In this document: positions 33,985 through 45,300 of the stretch, piece after piece
Layout of the letters: every line of letters starts with the position of its first letter
How positions within the stretch are numbered: the stretch's first letter is position 1
Assembly: GCA_046563655.1 (NCBI GenBank)
Contig: CM102285.1
Span: 8,556,001 to 8,620,000 of the forward strand
Reading direction: 5' to 3'
From: Yuukianura sp. NJ FZ-2021
Taxonomy: Eukaryota
Length of the DNA stretch: 64,000 nt
Program-made: the position numbers and the translations under genes
Notes under the pieces: model-generated
The model's input: the letters and a program-made list of their open reading frames with translations, nothing else
Told to the model about the DNA's origin: nothing
Databases searched by the model: none

Positions 33985-36900
33985 TGTCATGTGATTCGCT
34001 AAAAGTCATATTGAAAAAAAAAGTGGAATATTTTCTGCAATTTGTGACTCATTTTTTGGACTCAATTCATCCAGTTTACCCAGAAAGGAACTGAATTTGG
34101 GGAAAACCGCAGAACAAAACGTCTTCAAAATTTCCAATAAAAAAAACCAAGCGTCGATTTTTGATATTTTTCTTAAAGTAGAGTGTGGAAAGCTGACGTT
34201 GGGTTATAAACACCTTGAATGACACGATTGCAGTGTCTGGAAGTAGATGAAACGAGAGACTTCTAAGGGCCCTGAAAAGTGTCATGAAGAATAAAAGTTT
34301 TTCTAAAAAAAACTTCTTGTGACAATGATCTCACCCTTGGCGAGCAGGGAGGGAGGGCAGGATTAGTTTCAATTTCAAACTGGATCTGAGGCCTTAAGTC
34401 TCCAGAGAGGAACGCTTGGGAAGAATTCTAAGGGCCCATGAGCCCTTTTCTTGTTGAGTGAATACAGGAGATGAAATCCAATCTTGGAAATCATCTAATG
34501 GACATAATATTCTTCCTCTGGCATTTTATGAAGAGAGTGCTACATTGAAGAATGGATCTTTTTAGTAAGGAGTGTGTGTTACCCGGTTCAATTTATAAAT
34601 AAACCAGGTGATTATCCCCTCCTAAATATCCATTGAATTACAAACAGCTTCATCGCACTCCTCTCCTATTACAGATTCCCAGTTTCAAACCTAAATATCT
34701 GTATTCCAATTTCAAATTATTGGTCGTACAAACACATTTCTAAAAAAAAACTGGACTTTTAATAAAAAATGAATAGATTCGAATACATTTTAGGAAAAGA
34801 GAATGCTAGGGTGTCAAATATTGGGAAATTCCAGACACACCCACCCGAATACAGCAAAGTTTGATTAGAATTATTGTAAAATATTTTTTTTTAGTTATAA
34901 AATTCACCTAGACACAACTTTGATTAACTCATGATCACTATTACAACCTTCTTCGTCCTTTATTAAACTCTACTTTCACAATAGCAATGGTAAGTTCGCT
35001 ATGATTCTAAATCGATAATGAATATGGCAAGTCACTGCTGCGAAATTTTTCAACATTTCAAATAAAACCACACTGTAATTCCTAATTCAAAATTAATAAG
35101 TCATTAAATACGTATTCCATTCTTTCCACATTCTATTCTATGTAAACTTAACTTTCTTTTTCATTTTACAATTGATTCTTGTTTCGAAAATTAAAAACTC
35201 GCACTATATTTTCAAAATTTCTTTCCCAAATCCAAAAGTAGAATCATTTGGATATCATCCCACTCACTGCAATTTGTAATTTGTGAAATTCAGTTTGTTT
35301 CGATTGTGCAATTCAACACCAATAGGACAATACAGAATGACTTTGAAAGGATGAGTTTACAGAATTTGAAAATGGTTTGCTTTTTCTTTCACGTTTTGTT
35401 GGTTTATAAATTATTTGAAAATAGAGAAATCAATTGACCAAATTGGAAGTGACGGGAGAGCTCATGCCCAAAGCACATGATAGGGATATTGTGGACTTAA
35501 CGGAGGGTGTTTGGATCTCCAGCCCAAAATAAAAGGTGACATCTCCATCGAGTCAGGGTGATGACAAATGACTCCAAGAGAGGCACAGAGCCAGGAGGTC
35601 ATGGCTTCTGAAGTGTGATCATTTGGCTGGAAACTTTCATCTCTACGTTTCAAACAGAACGGAATTTGAAATCAAATTCTAAAAGTAGGCCTCACCCTCT
35701 CATCTCTCCCAATTTGAGGAAGATACTTTGAAGCTGCCATAGTTATGAAGCCAGGGCACAGAAAAAGTTTATTGAGAAATTCTTTGGTCATTGTTGAAAT
35801 TGAATTGAAAAGAGAAGGGAGAGAGAGGGAACAATGAAAGGAAAACTTCAATTCCTCAATAGTGTTACCTTTCAGTTCTTTTCAATTGGATCTTTGATTC
35901 GATTCACACTCAAATCAACAATAATTCCTTTTCAGCACCAACAGACCCCAGTAGAGCGTCCGTTGCTACTGAAAAGTTGGCACTTTGTCAATACTGTTGA
36001 GCAGCGTGTCATTCCCCCAGAAAACGCTTGTTAGCACTTCAGCTTCTTTTTTAACTTTGAACTTCTTGACTCTTGGTCTCCTCCCTCTCGAATGCCTTGT
36101 TGAGAAAAGGGCACCTTAAGGCACCCCAATTCAACTTTTCTGACAAGCGTGTCTTACAAGTCAAGAGACCAAAGGGCTCCACCCTTAGCTCAGTGAAAGG
36201 AAGAAATAAGGTTGCATGTTTTCGTGAATGGACTTGAGGTAAAGGCACTCGAAATAAAAACTAACAAGTCTAACTTTTAAAAATTGTTTGCTTATGATAT
36301 TGAGTGGGTCAGGAACATGAGAGAGGTACTGTCGTTGCATGTTAACCGCGTATACCACTTTTCAACGTACAAAACTACCGCAGACCAAAAAGTGGACGCA
36401 GAACCGCACCAACAACCACACCGTGGTAGCGGTTTAATGCATCCAGCTCTAGGTCAACATAAATCCACCACGGTGACCCACACTTGAGCAATAGCTAAAG
36501 TACGGTTACCGCTCAATTGCAACAACACCGCTAACCAAGTTGAAGGTAAACCAGATTTTTGTGGTATCTTTAAATGAATTTCAAAACTCCAGTATTGGAG
36601 AAAGTTGCGTTATGAAATAAATATACGCGGAGAAAACAGGAAATATATATTTCGGACGATATTGAAAGTTGTGAACGTAGTTTCAGCTAAAACGATATCA
36701 GAAAAACGTTCCAAAAGTTTTTTTTTCAGTTCAGTTTGTCTTGTTTGAACCGGATAATTTGACAGCTTGATCCGGGATGATGAGAAGTGAGTCTTGCCAG
36801 AGCGGGCGCTGCTCCATTTTCAATATAAATTTTAAGACTCCATGAATAATTATTTGAGGCCTCCGGGAAGAGGGGTCCTGCAGTATTGATTCGTCTCCGG

Positions 36901-37729
36901 GATTCTGGCATGGGAGGGAAGTCTTCTGAGTAATCCCAAAGGTTAATGCCTTTTGATCCGAACCAAAGCTGTCAATCATGAGATCAAGTCTCCCTTCCCT
37001 TAAAAAGCAAAAGGTGGACCCCTCAGCTTAACTGTCATCATTACTCCCTGCCTCATTGAACTCAGAATCCAGGAAAGCAGCAGTGGTGGTCGCTTGTCGC
37101 CAAAGTTTCACTTCTGAATCAAAAGTGGAGAAAACAAGCTTGGTGACCCCTTGTCACCACCCACGGTTTTCCTAGAATCACTTTCAACTTCCCATGTTTC
37201 TGCGCTTATTATCACGAACGACTCTTGCGTTTGCTCGTTCATGCCTCCGTGATTTACCTACATGAGGCAATTTCCTTCTTTTTAGTAGTGAGAAAGCCAT
37301 GGCTTGGAAGGGGGTCTAAATCCGCTCATTATTAAAGGGATCCCCTCCGTCGTCCACTGACTGTCTCAGCACACGCTTCTGAATGTCTCTCGTATCCAGG
37401 AAGTGTAACTATTAGTTACATTCGGGGAGGGTTGTGACCCCATTGACATCTGGGTTACCACCATACCATCATTTTGGCCAAAGATTCAGGCCGGAGCCAT
37501 GGCCACAAGTTGGGGGATTGAAGGTTTGTCAGTTCCCAATTCCTGGTTGTTACATTCTGCTCAGGCGTTGGAATCCTGATGCTAGCAGAAGTACAGCAGA
37601 GGGAATCTTCTGTAGTTCTTCATTACTTTCACTCCGTAGAGCCTTTTCCTGATTAAGCCAAAGTGAAACTAGGAGAAAGTTCAGTCCTGTGGAACTAACC
37701 GGCTCCTTCAGATTCTGGGTTCATTTGGA

Positions 37730-37781
37730 AAACCCGGGAGAGACAAACCTTTGGTGTTGTAGGTTTGCCTCTCCCGGGTTT
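37730..37781 (-). other. 21-bp stem-loop (pre-miRNA-like or 3'UTR structure)
   Basis: Minus strand AAACCCGGGAGAGGCAAACCT-ACAACACCAA-AGGTTTGTCTCTCCCGGGTTT: 20 Watson-Crick pairs plus one G-U, 10-nt loop. Confidence 0.6.
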
Positions 37782-38390
37782 CAAAAGTTACGTTAGGTAA
37801 CATTAGGTTCTGCTTCTGCATCTCCCCCTCCCCACAGCTTTCCCCACCCCTACTTTCACTTACAAACAGAATCTTCATTTATAAATCATGGGGTTCGACC
37901 CTCTGGAGGCGCGTGGAGTCGTGTCATGGCCTCCTCATCAACACGGATCGTTATCGCTCTGATTTCAATTCCAGCAGCAGTTTGAGGAAAAAGGAGGATG
38001 GATGATCTAAATTCTAAAAAAGAACAAGAATATATTTAAAAAGTAAATATTGAAGAATCAATCCATTACGGATTGTGTCAAGGCAGTCATGTGTCCCCAC
38101 TGCCTTTCCATGTCATCCAACAATGAAAGCAGCAGGGAAAGGGTTCAGTTGACACAAAGAATTAAGATCAAAGATCCAGAATCAAGGGAACACAGCAGCA
38201 TGTACTGAGCAGTATTTCGTCAGCCTACTTTTTTAAATTATTATCCACGCTATAACACTTTCCTAAAAAGAGATGGAAAAGTTGGGTAAGAATCAACAGT
38301 TTTCCCACGGGAATTTCCTCCATAAAATACAATAGTACAAAAGCGTAATAATTTTTTGGAAAAACTAATGTCAAGTTCATAACGTCAATT

Positions 38391-38396
38391 TTTATT
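38391..38396 (-). terminator. Candidate proximal polyadenylation signal of KATNB1
   Basis: TTTATT on + strand about 930 nt downstream of the stop codon. Confidence 0.4.
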
Positions 38397-39327
38397 AGTA
38401 ATTTTCAAAGTTATTACAAATCAGTTCAAACAAAAATACGCAAATAACAAAAACGTAAAGGAAAAACAGAATTAAATGGTAGTAAAACGACGTTAAAAAG
38501 TTAATTACAAATTAAAATGGCCTCAATTAAATCAGTAATGAGCTTAAAATTAACCCTTAAAAACTAAAAATCAGATCAGTGTAAACCCTGAGAGTGTTGA
38601 TTCAACACAAATTAAATCACTCAATTCCAACATTTTTAGTTTAGTTAATTACGAACTTTCCATCATCTGTGATATGGGCTTTTTAAAAACTTGAGATCAG
38701 TATGTTAGTTAACTTTCTAGAAACACAAGAATAGTTAATAAACTCCATTCACAGCCGAAAAATGCATTGTCAAATATGACTCATTAAAAATGCCTATGAT
38801 GTACAAATTTTTTCAAAAACTACTTAAATTTTGGTGGGGGTTATGAGTTAATAAGTTACAACAGTTAGTTCTAAAGGGTTAGTAAAACCATCTAAAGTAA
38901 AATGCCTAACTTTAAATGGCCTTATTAATTCCTTTGAATTTGAACTTTTAAGCAATATGAAGCTAAATCTCGTCCTTAACAATTTCAATTTTAACAATTT
39001 CCTCTCCTCCGTTGATCTTCAAATACTTACATTTTCGAATTTATAACAAGCGCAACTTGTACAAAATAGACAAGTGAGTTCATATTTTTCCTTCTTGTAT
39101 CATTTTTGTTGGATAGAATGCAGAAATGGTGTTCCAATTATCTCCAAGTCAAGTCCAGCTTGACCCCTTTAGAAGTTTAGCCAGAGGAGGAAAAGGAGAC
39201 AAGAAGTGTTGATTTTCTAATTATTTTTGGAGGAAGTGTTAAATGCTATTGTTTGTTATCAGTCCGGGATTTTCCTTCCAGCCATTTTCACACGCTCATC
39301 TCCAGCGTTTCATGTCCAGCCCCGGAA

Positions 39328-42300
39328 TCAATCAAGAGCTGAAAGCAAAATGTGAAGTTCTCGGAAAGCGTGGCCTGGTTTTCCTTGTAGAGTTTGACGC
39401 TTCAGTGCAAATGCCCGGATGTTGACCAAATGTTTGTAGCACTCAAGGCTCTTGCTGTATCTGCATAGACACAAAATAAATTAGCACTTCGTTAAATCAG
39501 TTTAATCAAGCTGACCAAACTTTCCTCTAACTCAAAATTCCAAACTTCCATTGAACGTTAAATCCTGCCTCACATTTTCCGAAAACCTCCCACATAATTT
39601 CTGAAATCTTCTTTCTTAGAAAAACTACCACTACCTGTTTCAATTTGTAATGTAAAACCTGCAACATTTCCCAATAATTCTATTCTTTGTATTGAAAAGC
39701 TAATGCTCTTAAGTGGATTTGGATCCCGTTTGCCCATTCATCTCCACTTTTCCAAAGCAAGAAAAGTAAACAGCACTTCTGTTCGATCTAAAAGCTACAA
39801 CAGTTCAGACTCGTTTAGGAAAATTAAAATTTCCATCATAATGGCTACCGAACATCCAAAGTTTTTGAACTCAACTTTTTCTTTAGTTTGTTTCAGCCAA
39901 CCATAGTGGGTGAGGGCGGTTGAATGAAAGTAGCGTGGGAGAAGATAGTCGTTTTATCTTGCTAAGAAGGTTTAAGAGCCTTAAGAGGCCTAACACAAGC
40001 ACAAGAACTTTAGTCTCTAAATGTGAAAGCATTACGGGGATTACAGGTAAGACGATGAAGAGATCTCTCTCCAAAAGCTTCTTTCTTAATCACAATTCAC
40101 AACAAACAAGACGAGATTCATTCAATCTCTTAAACATACACTCAAATACGTTTCACCAGTAGTGGCCTCTCCCTCGGCGACATCCAATGACAACGGAACA
40201 ACGGCCGGGTTTCCTCCGAAAAGGCGTCCATTACACAAACAGTGTCCCTTGAATAGACCTTCGTAAAAAAGCCGAAAGAGATGATTCTGATCAAGAGAGC
40301 CCTTTCAATTTCACATCTCTAATCTTTCATCACCAAACAAGACATGGATAGGACTTTCATATCTGATTCAGCCCAAATACTACACTTCAGTGCTCCTCAT
40401 CTTCACAAGCGACAATGTCACCCTCCCTTTCATATTCCCCTCTTTTTCTGAATTACTAAAAAAAATACCCTATTTCACGGCATATATCCCGCACCCACGT
40501 TGAACTGGAGAAAACAGAAAACCCAACTTAAAACACAGTTCGGAGGGAAGTGAATGAAAAAAAGAAACTAAAAATGCTGCTGCTTCCAGGCCCCCCTCTC
40601 GTTCTCAAAGAAAACATACCGCCAAATGCCGCCGACGCTGAGATCTTAAAAGTTCCGAAAGTATAACAACAATCCAGCCCTCTTATTTTCCGCTTACCTC
40701 CCCTAAAATTATCCTCAGTGACACAAAAACTGGGAATAATTGCAAGTGACATTCGGGTAAATAAGGCCAAAGAGTAAGTAGTGCCAGTGCCACACAACTC
40801 TCGCACGTCATCAACTGTCAACCATGGTAGTAAGTAGTGTAATCGTTCAGCAATTTGACGTGATTCTAAAATCCATAGTAGCATGTGCTACATATTTTTT
40901 GCAAACTATTTCCTGTCAAAGTCCCACGACTGACTGACTTGACAACATCAAAATCTTCACCTTGGCTGACAATCTTTCCAAAATAAAACTCGCGGCACGC
41001 ACACAGCTACTTATTCCTAGTCGTAAAAAGGCCGAAATAAGAGAAAGCTTGACTCAAATGCCATAATTTCCTTTTCCACACAGACTGGAAGCGCATAATA
41101 ATAAGAGACAGTACCAGAAGCCGGGAACATAACAGTAAAACCCTGTCGCTAACCTGACAGTATCACGCAACTCAAATTTTACTACTTACTATCTACCAAA
41201 GCCCTTAAATTTTGAAAACCTTGGGCAAGAGCATTGTCTAAAAACCACTTTAAAATTAGTTTACTACCCCTCCACCCCCTTCCTCCTTTCTCCCGGTTAT
41301 TAACAAAAACCAAAAAATAAGGTAAAAGTTGTAATTCTCTTTCATGGTTTTGAGTGTGGGGTGGAAAAATGCCACACTAGTGGCGGCGGTATCCACAGTT
41401 CCATTAAGAAATTACAAGGAGACCTTTACCTTCAACTTAAAATCTTTCTCAAACCTTGTAGCAAGGCTGCATGTGAGTGAATTGCGGTTTCCCGAATTGT
41501 AAACATAAAATTAGGATACGTAGAAGTGACTTTCCCAAATTTCCAAGAAATCCGGAACTTGGTTACCTCACCACAACACAATAGAATTTAAACTAGACTC
41601 CATCAAAACAAAAGGGCTTTTGAATAAGGCTATATAAAAACATGTTTGGATTTTTGGTTTTTGCGGTCTCCCTTCCTTTTACAGCTGGTAGGTAGAGTTC
41701 CTGGTTTGCAATTTTCGTGTACTCACACTGATTTTGTACTGATACGTGTACTGATTTTGTATTTTAAATTTTAAACTGATTAGAAACTTACCGTTCTTCT
41801 CGAGAAATGTCAACACCAACAGTTTGAATTGGACTCTCAATATTCGTCTTGATAACACTTGCAAAACTTTTCAAAATTAGTCGCAAAGCATCGCATCCCA
41901 CAAGCATGTGCCTAAAATTCCAAACAAAACAAAATCAATTTTAACATTCAGGATGTTACATGAAAAACAAATCCAACTTGTCTTAACTTGATGTTTTTCT
42001 CAATTTATATTTAAGAAACACATTTAAAAAAAAGTTTTTCTTAGCATTTTGAAATTCAAAATGGATTGTTGCATTATAAAAAGTGAAAATGAGTAAAATT
42101 CACAAACTTTCACTCTCAGTATTCTTTTTCGACGTTAGAAAAAAATTTCAAGAGGTTGTTGACTACTCAATTGAAGAGAGGAGTTGTTAGTTGTTCCTAA
42201 TGTTTCAAACGAAATGCTTGTTTAATGTCAGAATTTTTTAAGCTTCAGGTGATTCTTCAGATTTTTTTTTACTATTTTGTCAAAAATCAATTGAAATGGG

Positions 42301-45300
42301 TTTAAACTGTCATACAAAGTGAAAACAAGGAAATAAATGTGAAAAAATTTTCACTTAAAAAAATATTTTCTAGCTCTCAAAATTTAAAGGTAAACTCATT
42401 TTCATATGCTCCAACTTCAAAAAAATCAAACTTAAAATCTCACTTGATTCAAAACCAACTTAAAGCTTAAAAATTTCTTTTTCACTTAAGTCCAGCTCTA
42501 CCGGAAGATTTAAATCTTCTGTTTTAAACTACTTTTCGGATAAACTTCGTGAAGGAACAGAATGGAAAGTAGATTACCGGGAGACAAGCATCTCTCATTT
42601 AATAATCCATAAGGCAAGTTCTAAATTCTCAGTTTGTTAAATCGTCTTAAAACCCGCCTCCAGCCTTCCTCTTATGAATCAACTTAAAATTTATGACTCC
42701 CTTCCTTTTACATCATAATATCCACTCACATGACATGTTGTTTCAACAAAAGACGAACATCCCCTGCTCAACATAAGCCCAAACTCAATCTTCAAAAGAG
42801 GATCAACAATTACCAAGAATCCTTTGAGGGTGGGTGTCTTACAGAAGCAGACCAAGGGCACTTCAAAATCCAAAAGATGAAAAATGAATTTTCAAAAAAC
42901 CACCCGGCTCAAAACGCTCCGGTGGGTAATAAACTCCACACTCCGCTTCAAATCAAGCAGCAGTTTCAGCAAACATACAAAACCTAACATCTCTCTGTAT
43001 TCGTATACGCCTCCATGCCAGGGAGCATCAAAGCAGAAGAAAGATCTCAAAATATGGACCAACAGCCTACAATCAGGGACAAATGCTTAGTTTGATTAGC
43101 ATCTTTTGGAAACTGAATACTTTACAAAACACAAGGAAAAACATCATGGCTGCTCCAGATATGGCTTCCTGTCTCCTACATTTTGCTTTGCAAACGTTCT
43201 GTTCGAAAACATCAACAACCCTAATAAATGCCAAGCCCTTGTGCCTTACAGCACAATCCAACTTTTGAAAAGCTCTTTCATAAATGGTTACTCGAGCTTC
43301 AAATAAAAACTAAAAATTTCCAACCCTTTCTAATACAAAAGCAGTCGTGGTGACATTGTCATCTGAGCTTCTTTGCCATGAATTTCCTCTACACATTTTC
43401 TAACTTCATTTCGAATTCAGTCCACATACGACGGGTGAAGGGTTGAAGAAGCGTAAGTGCTTCTGACTCTGGTCTAGCATCTTATTAAGTTCAAACTTAA
43501 TGAATTCCACAGTATTATTGCAAATACTAGCACATAGCAGTGGCACTCAAACTGCAATATTTGAACAGCACAATTTTCCACTCTAAAACAAATTCGCAAC
43601 AAAGTCACAATCAAATTCGGAAACAAGTAGATTCCGCTTCGTTTAAAAACATTCCCGAAGCTGCCATGCGCCTCAACACTTTTAAATTTCAGTTCAACAC
43701 AAGTTTAGTGCAAAAACCCCGGAAAACTATATTCCACGCCTCGCTTTCTATCCGGAACCTTACGGTACTCAAGTAACCCTTCCCCCAAGTGGAGTATGTG
43801 TCATATTTCACTTCTAAGAGATCTCAGGTCTACTTTAGAATGGAGATCGTATGGATGTTGATGATGCAGTGCCTAAGATAGGATAATTAGATAAACGTTG
43901 TTGATTGACATGAAGGGTTGGACTTGTAGGGTAAGTTGGAGGGAGGGGCGGTTACCCGGGCAAAAAAACTAAAAACCCGAACCACCCTCCACTGCTGCAT
44001 CTCCCCCCTCTGCCCAATGACAATTTCCCAAACAATGTTCAGATTCTAAAAAAGAGAAAGGAGGAAGGGAGGGTGGCTTTTAAATCAACAAAAACTAACA
44101 GCCTTCTGTACAAATCAAATGGAGAATCCAGGGGGAAAGTTACTTACGAACCAAGTTGTGTAGGCACACCACGCATTATTACCCGTCAAACTCCACTGCC
44201 CCCCAAAAAACTAGGCACTTGAAACAGAGTGTACAGAAATTATTAACGATTCACTGGAAATCATTCTTCTCATCACCATTGACGCAGAGAGGGAATGGGT
44301 CCTCGGGGTCAAAATGTGACATGGAGGGGTATCCAGACTCCGAAACTGGATCCCCCGTCTCGCTCCAGCCAACATTAATCCAAACTTACTTCCATCGGAC
44401 ACAAAAATACAACAACGCAACAACTAAACCAAAAAATATCCGAGTCGTGATTCATTTCCAGGTTCGTGCCCTCTCTTTTTCAACGCCACCCAAAATATTT
44501 GAAAACGACAAGCCCCTCTTCGCTAGTTTCGAACAGATCTGATTGTGATATGCAGTAATTTCAAAAGGAGAAAAATTTTAAAAAAAGCAAAAGTAAAAAA
44601 AAACGATTTTTTTTTAAATCCAAAATACATATGTACTCTACTGTTTAATTAAACGTGTTCTATTAATGAAAACGATATTCAACATAACTGCAGAAGCTGA
44701 AAGGAGAATTAGGAAATGGAAACTGGAAACTGGACTGAAAACTTTTAGTTTTTAGAAAACAGAAAAAATGTTGCAATTGAGGACATTTAGAATTTCCTTC
44801 TTGAATAATTCATAGCCAAAACCCATACTCCATTTCCTCTCAATTTTAGGAAGAACGCACAATAGTAAACTGAAATAAACTGTTGTCTGAATCCTTAGTT
44901 ACAACAATATTACACCAACAATCCAAAAACCCAACAAAAACCTCCCAAAATGGGGAAAAAAGAGTAGCATATGGATCAATTACAAGAATAACAAGCAGGA
45001 CCTCAGTTTCAAAAGCTTTACGTAACTCTTTTTAGTGAAGTTACTCAATTTATACAAGAAATCAAGACATTAAGGGCTCAGAGCTTAACATTTTCAGCTT
45101 CACAACCTAAAAGTAAAAGTGAGGAGGGCAGCGGAAAATTAATGAAAAAGGAAGTCATAAAAATTAAACAAAGAGGACGGAAGAGAATTAAAGGCACGAA
45201 AAAACAAGCGTTAAAAGTGAGCGTATGGTCTATTACTCCCCTACGTCGGTTTCTTTAAAAATCCGACTCTCTCAACAACAACAAATTATCGCTTCGGAAG

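Noticed and set aside
37885..37915. GGGTTCGACCC as tRNA T-arm / B box
   Set aside because: No A box, acceptor stem or anticodon arm.
39310..39330. Stop-codon readthrough of KATNB1
   Set aside because: Context TGA-T is not the leaky TGA-C and a second TGA follows after five codons.
40528..40890. 118-aa ORF starting AG-CACATGCT as a duplicated mutually exclusive copy of KATNB1 exon 41911-41792
   Set aside because: Identity limited to about 8 nt, wrong phase, weak acceptor and no protein similarity beyond HML.
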